From NCBI RefSeq assembly GCF_009914755.1, contig NC_060926.1: DNA of 64,000 bases, one strand, 5' to 3'. This DNA comes from the human T2T-CHM13v2.0 reference genome, Homo sapiens. The notes below the pieces were generated by a model, which made no database searches, was not told the DNA's origin, and saw nothing but the letters and a program-made list of their open reading frames with translations. A program made the translations under genes and the position numbers. Shown one piece after another: positions 1 through 15,280 of this stretch; the stretch's first letter is position 1, and each line of letters opens with the position of its first letter.

Positions 1-140
1 TGAAACAACAGGTTTAAGCTATTTTCTTCTAAATTACATCATTTTCATTCCTTTAAAATATCTGACTAATACACATAAGTAATTTTGATCATGACTTTAT
101 AGAAATAATTACAAATATATTTTTTAAATTAAATACAACG

Positions 141-442
<302 letters not shown>

Positions 443-806
443 TAAATTAAATACAACAACTTTTAAAAAGAAAATTAAGAAGGCAAATGTTATACTGCCC
501 ATGAGTATATATGTATTATGGCCCACAACACTAGAAAAGAGTACAAATACAAGCTGTTTTGACAGCTTAAATATATGGCATCCTCACTGTAAGAACTTAA
601 AAATTAAAGCATATATTTTAAATATAAATTATATTAAAATAGAACTATATACTATCAAAGTAAAAACTACAGCTACAAGATGGTGTTCTAATATGAATTA
701 GTTCACACGTAATTCGTAAAGAGGAAGGAGAGTAGTATTGTCAGTAATCATGGAAATTTCACTGGTTCACAGGGATTTTTCACAGTAAAGGATCAGGGCA
801 AGTTTC

Positions 807-1140
<334 letters not shown>

Positions 1141-1696
1141 CCCCTCAATATATGAAGACCTTAAGAAAACAATAGTGAAGAGGTGCTTTCCTTTAGAGAA
1201 AACAAGTTTAGGGGCTTTAAGAACCTCAAGTCTTTCTAAAATTGTTATGTTGTCTGGTGAAAACTAAGGACACAGATGAAGTTGTGAAGACAATTTCTTT
1301 TGTTTTTATGCTCCCCCTCACCCCCACAACTATTAATAAAGGTAGGCATACATTGGCTCACTACTGAATTTTAGAAAAGTAGTTTCTACTAAAGCAAATA
1401 ACTTCAACCTGCACCATACCTTAAAAGAAGCACAAGTCCCCGTTTAAGGCTCATAAGTGATGGGCTATGGTGTTTCATTTGTACAGTTAATTTGTACTTG
1501 CATTTTTAAGATCATTACTGTTTATGTTAATACTCTGTTACAAACAAAGCTGCATAATTTGAATGGTCTACTCTATCCATATTTTTCCCAGATGTGATTT
1601 CATGGCATCTGAGGTTTTCTAGAACACATGTATCAGAAATGCTGTGATGAAAAATTTATGTAAATACTGCTGCAAACACCAAAATACACATACAGT

Positions 1697-2266
1697 CAGT
1701 CATGAGTCACTTAACGATGGGGTTACACTGAGAAACACATCATTAGATTTCATCATTGTATGAACATCAGAGTGTACTTACACAAACCTATGTGGGACAG
1801 CCTACTACACACCCAGGCTATATGGTCCAGCCTATTGCTCCTAGGCTACAAAATCTGTACAGCATCTTACTGTACTGAATACTGTAGGCAATTGTAACAC
1901 AATGCTAAATATCTGTGTATCTGAACATATCTAAACATTCAAAAGGTACAGTAAAAGTATAGTATGAAAATTTTACTTAAATGGTACACCTGTATAGGGC
2001 ATTTACCATGAAAGGAGCTTGTGGGACAGAAGCTGCTCTGGGTGAGCCAGTGAGTGACTGGTGAGTTAATGTAAGGGCCTAGGATATTACTGTAGACTTT
2101 ATAAACTCTGTACACTTAGGCTACACTAATGATGCATTACTCAATGCAACTCGTTGTTAAGTGACACATGACTGTACATGTATTTTCAGCTCCATTATAA
2201 TCTTACGGAACCACTGTGTATATGTGGTCAGCCACTGACCAAAAATTATTATGTAGCACATTAATG
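1697..2266 (-). mobile_element. Tigger3/MER7 (GOLEM) non-autonomous DNA transposon
   Basis: CAGTCATG terminus, internal CTTACACAAACCTA...CCTATTGCTCCTAGGCTACA block, and the opposite end TTTTCAGCTCCATTATAATCTTA. Confidence 0.8.
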
Positions 2267-5200
2267 TATATAAATAATCTGATAAAAAAGATCATATAAG
2301 CACTTCATAAGCACATCAACTACACAAGCATTTTATCCCTCTATTAAAGAGTATTCCTTCTTTAATGGAATATGTGACATAACTGCAAACTGTTCAAATA
2401 AACCTTATTTCCCCATTTTCTATCTATAAAATGACACACCCTTACTCTTGAAAGAGAAAAAATATAATGAAAGTCCTACAAATGCTTTTCGCTTATTTAT
2501 TTATATGTCTACTCCACCTCAGGGCAGAGTCCATGACTTTTTCATTGGTGCTCTGAGCATCACATATAACAGGTGCTTAATTATGGTTTTAATAATGTTT
2601 TAAGTATTAATAAGTATTTCAAATGTAAAACTTATTGATTAAAATTCCATCAGTATTTAAAACTACTAGCTAACCAGGTACCAATCAGCAAACCATTCAG
2701 AACAGTGTCTCAAAGTTCATAGATTTTGCTGAAGAGCTACCCTCTCCACGCTTGCCTTAATTTTTTACACATATACCAAGGATTAGTTAATTATTTTCTT
2801 CTTCCAATCTTGAGTTTTGCCTTAGTTTACAACCATAGACTAGGAAAGGTGACAGGGAATTTAAACATAACAGATCACAAAGGTGATCTATTGTGAGTAG
2901 ATAAGAAAAGATAATGTCTCCACAAACTTTAAGTGGACAAATCAGGATCATTTCTTCTAGGCTGTATGATTAATGGGAAGAGGAAAAGCAGAAATGTAGT
3001 ATGATAATATTTATGCAAACTATTTATTAGTCAATTTATTGAAGTGGGGACATTAATTATAGTTTAGAAAGTTGTTTATCAAGAAACTGAAATTTAGGCA
3101 CTTAAAGGATTGTTTTAGCTACTCAGAAAACTCCTCCAATCAAGAAGATAGCATTTCAGTCTTAATAAATGAATAAAAAATATTAAGAATACTTGAAAAT
3201 CATAATCATAAATCAAATAAATATATGTGGTTCAATCCATCTTCTTTACATTGCCAACAGTAATCTTTCTAAAAGGCAAATTCAGCCAAACGGCTAGCTC
3301 CTGTGCTTTACATTTTCTAGTGGCTTTCTAATACAAAAAGTCTAAAGTCCTCGGCAATACTTAGCCTCAAATTTAAATTTCCATCTTATCTCTTTCCCCA
3401 TTTCCTTTTCTTTGGCTACAATGCTCTTGGCACATCTCTGCTAAAGTATAGATTTTATACCTCCATTTCCTTATAAACCTCCTGCTGGAATGGCCTTGCC
3501 TGAATTCTCCATTTATGAGACACCTATCAATTTTTCTCTGATAAAAGAAAGGGGTTACTAATGATTTATCTTATAGTTGTATCATTATCTCACTCCCTGG
3601 CAAAGGCCCTTAGAAGGAGTAGTTAAATTTTATTTACTTGTTTTAATATCTTGTGAAACATTATAAAGTAGTTGATATCTGCTCTGGATGAGTAGTCAAA
3701 ACTTTCCTCAAAGGCAAAGCAATGTGCCAGTGATCACATTTTACCTTGACAATAAATGACTTCTTAAAAAGCCCCTTTAATATGACTAGGAGGGAACAAG
3801 CTCTATCTAATCTTTCCATTCATCATCATTCCCACATACCCCATGTAGCTAAAACTGATCTTGAGCTAAGAAGCCAGTGCAGCATGTATGGGGGCAGTTA
3901 TCTTTTCTCCAACCACTCATTTATTTCCTCATCTCCCTCCCCTCCTTTCAGCTACGATTACGATGATGAGTAAGATGGACTAAATACTCAGTATTTACAA
4001 TCTAGTCGAGGCTGAGCAACTAGAGGAATCCATACCTAAATATCCAGAATATTTTTAAATGGCCAGCTTGGAAAGCAAAGCCAGGAAAAAATTTTAAAGC
4101 CAAGATCTACGAAAGTCAGCTTTCAAGAACAAATGGTAAATATAGTTATTTTAGGTATCAAACAAAATGATTTCTTTGGTCATTACTGGCACCTGAGGGG
4201 CAGTTATTTAAGCACTTCCACTTGCCAGCAGTGTTGCTGTGCTACAGTAGGATATTAGAGTATGAAACAGAGTTTTAATTCTTGAAATATCGGCATTAGC
4301 AATCACCTACAAATTAGGAACAGATCTCTAAAGCAGATCAAACCCATCTTGTTAGCACCATTAAATTTAGTTTCAGTATATTTATAGAAGATCTGCACTT
4401 AGTACCAGTTAAATACTGAAGAACAAATTCTAACTTTTGGCGCCAATTTTCATTAAATATATTTTTTTCCTGCTGCTTAGGATCATATTCCCTTAAAAGA
4501 GATGGACAAGGAAAAACAAACCTCACCCTCTTGACTCATCTTGTGACTCAGAGATACTCTTTTTCATATGTTTTGCCAGGTTGAAACTCATGTTATTTTT
4601 CTACTTTTTGGAAGGACAACTTTGGGAGGAATGCCTTAACAGTTGAAAATGCCTACATATTCAATTGACATTATATTAGACAAAATATTAAAATAATCTT
4701 CAAGTCATATACTGTTATCTAAAATTTAAGCAAGGTGGCAAAAACTTAGATATTTTAGTCAGAGTTTATAAAACATAAAAAGTTACTAATAAGGAATTGG
4801 TAGATTGTTTATACAGAAAACAGACTGTTGAGACTTAACCTCGATCAATTGCACTCTGACGGTTCTCACGGATAAATGTAAAATTCAGATGGTAACTCAT
4901 TTTAAAAAGTGACTTCAAGAATCTTGTTAATGTTACTACATGAAAGTATTAAGAACTTGCTTTTAGAGAGCTCATGTTGCTACACTAAATTTTAGTATTT
5001 TCAACTGGACATATTAATACTGCAGCAATATAATATTAATAGAAATAGAAGGTTACATATTCATTCATCACACTTTCAGATGATGAAACATAAATCATCT
5101 CCCTTATATATTTCTCTCATTTAGAAAAAAAGAATACAAGAAATTTCAAAATAGTAAAGAAAAGACCACAGTGTTCTGGTTCTGAAAGCATTGCTATTAA

Positions 5201-5519
5201 TACATACACACCAAGCTGCTATTCAACTGTTGGGATTAAAAGTAAAGACAACTTAAAGCAGTGTGAACTGTTTTAGGTGATGCTAAAATTTTTCAGAATG
5301 AAGAGAAAATGAAATAAACAGAATGGTAGAAAAACAAAACTTTCCTCAAATTTTAGCCAATTCCCAATAATTGTATAGTAGAAAAAAGCAACAAGACTAT
5401 TGCTTCATCAGGAAATTCTTTTAATAGCTACTTTACAAATAACTTATTACCTATTAATACACCAACTGATTTAAAACAAAGCAAGTATCTCTAAATTCTA
5501 ACAATAATATTTTGAAAGA

Positions 5520-6500
5520 AACAACTATATGTAATGTGGGATCCAGGAGAGAATCCTGGAAAAGAAAAAGAACACTCTCCAAGTTTCACCATTTTTTTCA
5601 CTCATGTATGTGGTTTAATATTCTTTAGCCAATGTTAATTTCTTGATGTTGATAACTGTACTATAATTCTGTGAGATGTTAACATCCCCACTTGGCTGAG
5701 GGGTATTCAAGAACTCTATTATCTTTGTAACTTTTTTGTAATTTCTCCTGAGTCTTGGCTCCAATTTGTGACAACTCTTGATTGATTGTCTTTCATGACC
5801 TTGAAACTTATGATCCAGTATTTTGTAAAACTTCCCTCAGTTTGAGCTTCCTGTTTTCTCATGATTAGAATGCATTTAGGCATTTGGGGCAAGAATACCA
5901 CAGAAATGATATTGTGTCCTCCAGTACACTGTATCAAGGGGCTCATGACATCAATATGTCTTATTACTAGTGATGTTAACTTTGATCACTTGGCCAAGGT
6001 GGTGGCTGCCAGATTTCTCCACTATAAATCTACCATCTTTTCCTTTGCAGTTAAAAAAATATCCTGGGAGGAGAGGGGGTAGGGAATACTTTGAGACTGT
6101 GCAAATACTCTTTTCTCCTCAAACTCTGACCTAATTTTGGCATCCATCAGCAGGTCCTGTCTGCCACATTTATTACCGTGGTATTTGCCTAATGAAAAAT
6201 TTCTTTTCCCGTCTTTCTTTCTACATTAATTGGGATGCTCCTGTAAAAAAAATACAAAACCAAAACCAGTGCCTTCTCCACCATTTATTTATTAAAATAC
6301 TTACATCAGCATGGACTCATGAGTATTTTAGTACATGAATTAAAATCCAATACTATCATTATTTTGTTAGTCAAATTGTTCCAGCTTTATTAGGTCTTTA
6401 TTAGATCTTCAGGTTGGCTCCTATGCGGCCTTTCCAACAACCTTTTTTTTTTTTTTAAGTACTTCCTTAATTTCTGGCACCATAATATGTTCAAGGCTTA
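5520..6500. mobile_element. Old L1MC/ME 3' UTR fragments in both orientations
   Basis: Plus-strand piece at about 5520-5740; minus-strand L1MC4/5-like piece GGCAAGAATACCACAGAAATGAT...GATGTTAACTTTGATCACTTGG. Confidence 0.6.
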
Positions 6501-6868
6501 TCCCAACTATACGTACTATTTCTAAGACACGATTCTCCAATCTCTTTTGTACAGCAAGAAATTTAGAACCATATTATAGGATGAGAACTATTAGAAACTA
6601 CTACTCCAATACAGGATCCCGGAATCTCTATCTTAGAGGTGTTTTGGAAAAAAGCCATCAGACATGGCAAAATTATCTATGGAAAAGCTTGTACTGAATA
6701 ACTCCTGTGAAGATCACAAAACAAAAAACCTCATAGTGTTATCAACAGAAGTTACTGAGAAGTTTTTCAACATAAAGATTAACTTAAAAGCTTTACAGTT
6801 TTTTATAAAGACACCTCCTACGAAGGTAAATGGCTGTATTTTCATGTGACCCCAATGAGAAGTAAAAT

Positions 6869-6882
6869 CCACCAGGGGGCGC
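6869..6882 (+). promoter_or_regulatory. CTCF core motif CCACCAGGGGGCGC
   Basis: Exact match to the canonical CTCF core, with its CpG retained, in AT-rich non-repeat intron. Confidence 0.75.
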
Positions 6883-7288
6883 AGCAGATAAAACCTTCAA
6901 AAAGCTCCAAAAAAATTTTCCAGTTTTATAATGATCTTGTTGTGTACCAAGTGGAAGTTTAATATTTATATTCTGCACAGTTTGACTACCAAATGAACAA
7001 AGCAAAGAGAGCACCCTATCAGTATTATGACAGACTTGAAATAGTATATTATGAAATGAACACAGGTCATACATGTATGTGTTGTACCTTTTCTTAAATA
7101 CATGAAAAACTCATCCACTTAAAAGGTCTACATTCGAGAAATATAATCTTAGACTGCAAAAAGTAATGAGTCTTTTTGGAGCTCCTAGATTTCTTACATA
7201 CTTTAAAGATTATCATGCAATTGTCAAATATGCAAAAACTCGGTATCACCACCAACAAAAGAAGTATCACATTTTAATAAAAATGCTA

Positions 7289-7579
7289 TTTTTTTTTTTA
7301 ATGGAGACTCACTCTGTCACCCAGGCAGGAGGGCAGTGGTGTGATCTCAGCTCACTGTAACCTCTGCCTCCTGGGTTCAAGCAATTCTTCTGCCTCAGCC
7401 TCCGGGGTAGCTGAGATTACAGGCGTGCGCCACCACGCCCTGCTGATTTTTGTATTTTTGGTAGAGACGGAATTTCACCATGTTGGCCAGTCTGGTCTTG
7501 AACTTCTGACCTCAGGTGATCTGCCCACCTTGGCCTCCCAAAGTGCTGGAATTACAGGTGTGAGGCACAACGCCTGGCC
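7289..7579 (-). mobile_element. AluS
   Basis: Full Alu; TSD TAAAAATGCTA at 7278-7288 and 7580-7590. Confidence 0.93.
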
Positions 7580-8615
7580 TAAAAATGCTAAAATAATTTA
7601 AGCCAACTTTGAGGAATAACTACCTTCAAATGATGCATTATTAAGTATATGGTTATATAAGTTTTGACAAATGCATATACCTATGGAAGCATCACTACCA
7701 TCAAGATAAAAGAACATTCCATGACCCCTAAACACTCCCTTGAGCCCTTTTGCAGTCAATCACCCTTTTCTTACCACCCTAGGCAACCACTGTTCTTTCT
7801 ATAACTAAATTCTATCTAGAATTTCATGTCTACAGGATCATACAGTAGGTACTCGCGTCTATCTTCTTTTACTCACCAAGTTTTTGACACTAATCCATGT
7901 TGTTGCATGTGTCAGTTTGTTCCTTTATACTGCAGAGCAGTATAGTCCATTATATGGATATACCACAATTTGTTTATGCATTCATCTGTTGACAGACATT
8001 CCTGTAAAGCTACTATAAATATTAATGTGTATTTCTGTAAACAAACGTTTTCCTGGAATTGCTGGGTCACAGGGTTAAGTTTTCAGAAACTGTCAGTTTT
8101 CCAAAGTAATGTACCATTTTACTCTCCCATCAGCAATATATGATTATTTCAGTAGCTCCACATCCTTGCTAACAAGTGGTATTGCCTATTTTTTCATATA
8201 TTTTTATTAGTGAATTGTGCTTTTAAAAAAAAAGCGTTATGTAAAAGATTTGTGAAATTCTCTATATACTGATCCAAGTCCTTTGTTAGGTATTTTCTAA
8301 TAGTATTTTCTCCCAGTCTGTGAGCTTGCCTTTTCATAGGTGTATTTTTAAAACCAAAACCTTTCAATATTAATGAAATAGAATTTTTTCCCTTTATGAT
8401 TCCTGTTTTGTGTGTACTAAAAGTCTTTACCCATCCTTGATCATGAAGATTTTCTCCTGTTTTCTTCTAGATGTTCCATTGTTTTATGTTTAAATCTATG
8501 ACCTACGTTATATGCCTTTTAAATATATGATACATATAGAAAAATAATGACTTTTTATTCCATACAGAAATACAGCTGTTTTGTTGAAAAGGCTCCCTTT
8601 ACAACGGCACCTTTG

Positions 8616-8617
<2 letters not shown>

Positions 8618-8646
<29 letters not shown>

Positions 8647-9073
8647 GCATATATATGTAAACATATATATGTAAATATATATGTAAACATGTTTACATAT
8701 ACAATACACATATATGTAAATATATACATACATGTATATATAATATATATTTACATATATGTGCATACATATATACATTTTACATATATGTATACACATA
8801 TGTACATACATATGTATACATACATATGTGTATGCATGTATGTGTATACACATGTATACATGTATACATATATGTATATACATATGTACATATATGTACA
8901 TGTATATGCATATATATGTACATATATGTACATGTATATGCATATATATGTATATATATGTGTATGTATATGCATATATACGTATATATGCGTGTGTATA
9001 TATGTATATACATATATACGTATATATGCGTATGTATATATATGTATATACATATATATGTGTATACATATAT
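8618..9073. repeat. A29 run followed by about 425 bp of degenerate (TA)/(TATG)/(CATA) repeat
   Basis: Directly visible; source of the Y/I/M/C/H-rich spurious ORFs. Confidence 0.97.
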
Positions 9074-9518
9074 GAATGAATGAGTCTGGACCCTCTATTC
9101 TGTTTCATTGATTTTAGTCTACCTTATGCCAGTACCACAGTGTTATGTTTTATGGTAAATCTTTAAATCGAGGAGCTGTACTTTTACTTTGTTCTGTTTT
9201 AAAATGCTGACTCTTCTAAGACCCGTGCATTTCCACATGGAATTAACCATCAGTTTGCTAAATTTTTTAAAATCTTGTTAAGAATTTGATTGGGAAGGTC
9301 TTGAGGAAGCTATAGATAAGTCTGAGTAGAACTGACATCTTTGTAACAAGTCTTCTAATCTATGAATGCGGTATATATCTTCATTTGTGTAGGTCTTTTT
9401 AAGTTCCAATAATTTTCTGTAATTTGGAGTACAGATTTTACACATATCTGGTTAAACTTATACCTGAGTATTTTACAATTTTACTCTATTATGCATGGTA
9501 CTTGTCCATTTCATCTTT

Positions 9519-9818
9519 ATTTGTATTATTATTTTTTTAAGATGGAGTTTTGCTCTGTCACCCAGGCTGGAGTGCAGTGGCACGATCTTGGCTCACTGCC
9601 ACCTCCGCCTCCTGGGTTCACACCATTCTCCTGCCTCAGCCTCCCGAGTAGCTAAGAATACAGGCAAGTGCCACCATGCCCAGCTAATTTTTTTATTTTT
9701 AGTAGAGATGGGATTTCACCATGTTGGCCAGGATGGTCTTGATCTCCTGACCTCGTGATCTGCCCACCTCAGTCTCCCAAAGTGCTAGGATTACAGGCGT
9801 GAGCCACCGCTCCCAGAC
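9519..9818 (-). mobile_element. Alu (Sc/Y-like)
   Basis: GGATGGTCTTGATCTCCTGACCTCGTGATC; TSD CCATTTCAT. Confidence 0.9.
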
Positions 9819-12199
9819 CCATTTCATTTTTAATTGTTCTTTACTATTATATAGAAATTACACTGTTTGGGTATATTATCCTTGTATCCTACAATCTTGC
9901 CAAATTCACATCAGTCCTAGTAACTTAACATTTGCTATATATATAAAACCATGTCATCTGGGAATAAAAACAATTTTACTCCTTCCTTTCCAATCTCAAG
10001 TCTTTTTCTTTTTCTTGATCATGTTGTGACTAGGACTTCAAATACAACGTTGATTAGAAGTGGTCAAGAGTGGAAAATCTTGTTTTCTTCCCCAATCTTA
10101 GGTAGAAACGATTCAGCCTTTCATCATGAGATATGAGTATGAACAAAGTAAAGGTTTTTTAGTAGATGCCCAATATCAGGCTGAGGAAGTTCCCTTCTAT
10201 TCCCAATTCGCTAATATCATGAATAGATATTACATTTTGCCAAACACTTTGCTGTAATTACTGAGAAGATGTTTTTCTCTTTTGTCAAAATAGTAAATTA
10301 CATTAATTTTTGAATGTTAAAATTGCATTACTGGTATAAAAATCCCCTTGGTTGTGTTTTATCATCCTTTTTACACACCACCGAATTTGACTTGCAAATA
10401 CTAAATGATTTTTTGCACATATATTCTCAAATAATGTTGGTTTATATTCCATATTGATTTTATTATAATGTCTTTGGTATTACCATCAAGGTAATGCTAG
10501 CTTCTATTTTCTAAGAGTCTAGATAAGACTGTGTTTCTTTCTTTCTTTTCATTAAATTTGATAGAATTTACCAGTAAAGCCGTTTGACCTTACTATTTTC
10601 TTTGTAGAAAGATTTTGAAATATGAATTCAATTTTATTAACTAATAAAAGGCTATTAAGATTTACTATTTCCTCTTATTGTCAGTTTTAGTAATTTGTTT
10701 TGCAAGGAATTTGTCCATTTCATCTAAGGTATGGAACTTATTGGCATAAAATTGCTTCTAACATTCTTTTGTTATCCTTTTAACATCTGTAAGGATCTGC
10801 AATGATTTCAGTGCTTTCATTACTGATACTGTGATTGTGTTTTGTTTTCTAGATTGCTCCTTCAAAATATAAATACCACATACCACTGACTTCCTCCTTA
10901 TATAAAAAATGACTAAAAATGACCAACACACTAGAACTCATTCACCCAATGGCGTCCAAAGATGTCACAAAAGAAGCTGAACATTTATAACAATCCTAAA
11001 AATACATTCTTAGAATTATTTTCAGTGCTCAGTGAGCTTCACGAGAAAATCTAGCATAGAAAAGCCATGTAACGTAAGCAGTCACAAGAAACCTTGAAGA
11101 TGACAAACTCAAGATGAGGAAACAAACCCAAGGAGTGAGGTAAGCTGCTCGATGTTATAAAGCTTGATGACAAAGTGAGGTGACTGGGATTTCTTGAAAT
11201 ACTTTCTGATCTAATTTCTTTTCCTATGTTAGTTCCATCTGAAGAGTCAGCAAGGAGCCTTAGGCATCATTTCTATTCCCCCAACCTGCATTTCTGGGCT
11301 AAATGTGGAGAAAAGAGAATAAGAGTCTTCCCACTCTAGATTGATAAAAATCAGACCATGTTTTACTAAGACGTCCTTTCTAACCCTTCTCTCAACATGT
11401 ATATTACCGTTTTTCCTACTGAAGGCCTGTGTATTATTGTTTTTCTCCTTTTGGTTTATCCACATTATGGTTCAAATCAATACAGGCAGTAAGTTAATGA
11501 AAAGCATGTATTCATAATATGATACAAATATACCTTCAAGTATTCTGTTATTAATAACCCTGCTTAAAGATATACTGTTTATTTTTTTAAACTAAAATGT
11601 ATACTGCTTAGTTCAATGATACATCTTATTCAAAAGATCTGGCTCCTAAAGCATTTCTTTTTTCTATATATTAAGTCCAATCCCATCCCATTACATCACA
11701 TTTTCCAGATCTTCCTCTTATTTTATCTACTGTTCCTATGTGATGTTGCATTTGAATGTTAGCTGCACCTTTCTTTAGCTTTGTACCACACTCCACTCCC
11801 CACCCTATTTTCCTTTAAAAAAAATTATATTTCCACAAAAGAATGCATATTTAAGAGTCTTCTTTTACTTTCAGCCTCCATTATTCAAGACTTACTTACA
11901 CGTATGGCTCCTCCAAAGCTTAATGTGGTTTACTGCCAAGAATGTCATACTGCATCCCCCAGTTTCTTTTTTTTCTCTCGTTGACTTTTATCTTAACATT
12001 AAAAAATTCCACCACATAATTCATATAACGGCTTTTACTTTCTTCTTGAAGACATTCTTCACAGACAACTCTGCCATTTCGTTCTAATTTGAACCAACTG
12101 CTTTCTAGGCCTATGGCATAGTTGTTATCCTGAGATTTTCACTGGTGTGTTAGTTAGGAATTCCGTTTCTGGGGTCTCATTTCATCCTCTTTCTTGAAC

Positions 12200-12740
12200 T
12201 TCTATTTCATTTTGCTAGGTACATATTCAAGAACTCGTTTAAGTTAACCTTCCCAAGTCCTTAAATTTCTGAAAATGTCTTTTTTTGTTCTCACATTTGA
12301 GTGATCATTTGGCTGTTATCAAATTCTGGATTAGAAACTCCGAACTTTGAATGTATTACTCCACTGCCTTCTACCAACTACTGCTGCTGTGAAGAAGTCC
12401 AATGCCAGCGGACTCCTATTCTTTTTAGGTAACAACTTCTATGTCTGGAGGCTTTTAGGGTTTTTTTACTCTTGAAATTTTAAAATTACAAAAGTTGAAA
12501 CTAAACATAGATGTTCTTTCATCTAATCTTGGCAATCAGAATGCTTTTAAACAAAAGATTCAATTTTTCAAGAAAGAGAAATTTCTCCTTTTATTTCACT
12601 GATTATTTCCCCTTCTATGTTATCTAATACAGCTCCTGAAATTTCTTTCAGTCAGACGCTATCACTCTGTGTTCTCCAAATCATTCTTTCCTTGCACATT
12701 TTTCCATATCTTTTATCTTTTGCTCTAACATTCTGAGAAA
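12200..12740 (-). mobile_element. Ancient L1ME/HAL1-like fragment
   Basis: GAAAATGTCTTT...TTTGGCTG..AAATTCTGG...TTACTCCACTGCCTTCT...GAAGTCCAATGCCA resembles antisense old-L1 ORF1 region. Confidence 0.45.
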
Positions 12741-12778
12741 GATTCAAGAAGTTTTATTTTTGTTACGCAGATAGCTAG

Positions 12779-13306
<528 letters not shown>

Positions 13307-13326
13307 TAAAAACTTGAAATATTTAA

Positions 13327-13557
<231 letters not shown>

Positions 13558-13875
13558 TAACACTAAAACAAGGTAACCCAAACTATTTAAGTTCATGTAC
13601 TATACTTAAGAAAATCCTTTGTTCTTCTCGTCATTACTTAATTCTAATGCTTTACTGAGAGCAAGCAAAGCATAAGTAATTCTCAGTGACTAGGTGAATT
13701 AAATCAGAATTGAGATCACTAAATTACCAAGTAAATGATAAATGACAGCTGGTAAACTGTCTAAGAAACATTAACTGTATAATAAATTTATGAAGATGTT
13801 AATGTAAAGCAACAACTGCACAAGTCAATTTCAAAATTAACGGCATACAATGTTTTAACAATAAATGGCATTTTA

Positions 13876-14196
<321 letters not shown>

Positions 14197-14903
14197 TTAA
14201 CTACAGATAACCTTTTTCTCTGAAAACACTGTTTTCAAAACAGCAAACCTCCCTGAGACGAATGTGATTAAGAGCAGACATTAACAGCAAAGTTATTATC
14301 CTTAAACTTTCACATCACCTGTAAATACTCAAACCAGAAACAAAACTGCCTGAATGTGAAACTGTTTACTAAAAACAGAAACAGCGTTCTAACGGCTAGA
14401 AGGGTTTCTACTGGCAGTTCATTATGCAAAAGGAGAGGTTCCTTCAGAGTCTGCCAAGCTCTTCTTAGGGGACCTTCTAACAAAAGAGAGATGAGACATC
14501 TTTTTAGATAAAAGATTTAATCTTTCACCTACATTTAGTCTACAAAACAGCCCTTGTGTTTACTAATTTTATCTAAACCACTCAGAATTACACTGGCTTT
14601 ATCAAAAATTAGCTGAATCTGATTTTCCACTCTTACTTTCAATTGTGCCCCAATCTAGTCTTCTGCTTAAATTATCTAAGGTAGTATCTTGCACTCAGTC
14701 ACTTTTCCAAAGTTATCATGCCAAGTTAGAACTAAGGCTTCCACTTTGAGCAAATCACCTCAACAGAGTATACATTTCCTAGTCCAGAGAGGTTAGCCAA
14801 CAGACAGAAATAAAGTCACAACGGCCTAGAATAAATTCAATAAAAATCCAACACTGAATTGAATGACATATACATATATATACACACACACACTATATAT
14901 ATA

Positions 14904-14929
14904 TATTCTGATATATATATATCAGAATA
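14904..14929. repeat. Perfect 26-bp palindrome
   Basis: TATTCTGATATATATATATCAGAATA equals its reverse complement. Confidence 0.95.
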
Positions 14930-15029
14930 CCTATGTCTTAGACAAATCTAGTCTTGCCTAGAATTATTCATGTAGACAATTATAACATTAATTTTGTAAG
15001 ATTTACTGAAGACAGACTATATAATACTA

Positions 15030-15280
15030 TGATTAAAAATATTGACTATGAAACATGATGGCCTAAGATCAAATCATGGCTTTGTTACTTCACCTGCTGT
15101 GTGACTTAAGCCAGTTATTTAAAGTCTCTTTGCTTCTATTTCCTCATCTGTACAATGGGGAAAGTAATTGTGCCCCTCTCCTGAGGCTAATATGAGAATT
15201 AAAAGAATTAATGTATGTAAAACGCTTAGAATAATTCCTGGGACATGGTAAGCACCATACCATTATGGATTGTTATTATT
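15030..15280 (+). mobile_element. MIR SINE
   Basis: Core GCTGTGTGACTT...TTTCCTCATCTGTACAATGGGG...ATGTATGTAAAACGCTTAGAA. Confidence 0.8.

Larger units (their letters stand above)
7595..10850 (-). mobile_element. Degraded L1M (L1MD/ME-type) 3' UTR plus ORF2 remnant, interrupted by a microsatellite and an Alu
   Basis: Typical antisense L1 phrases: GTTTTGACAAATGCATATAC, GGATATACCACAATTTGTTTAT, AGGAAGTTCCCTTCTATTCC, GGAATTTGTCCATTTCATCTAAG. Confidence 0.75.

Noticed and set aside
4437-4446. TTGGCGCCAA E2F-like palindrome
   Set aside because: Single short motif far from a promoter, with no supporting context
8508-9108. Cluster of Y/I/C/M/H-rich ORFs (also 40228-40683 and 42535-42985)
   Set aside because: Translations of alternating purine-pyrimidine microsatellites, which lack stop codons
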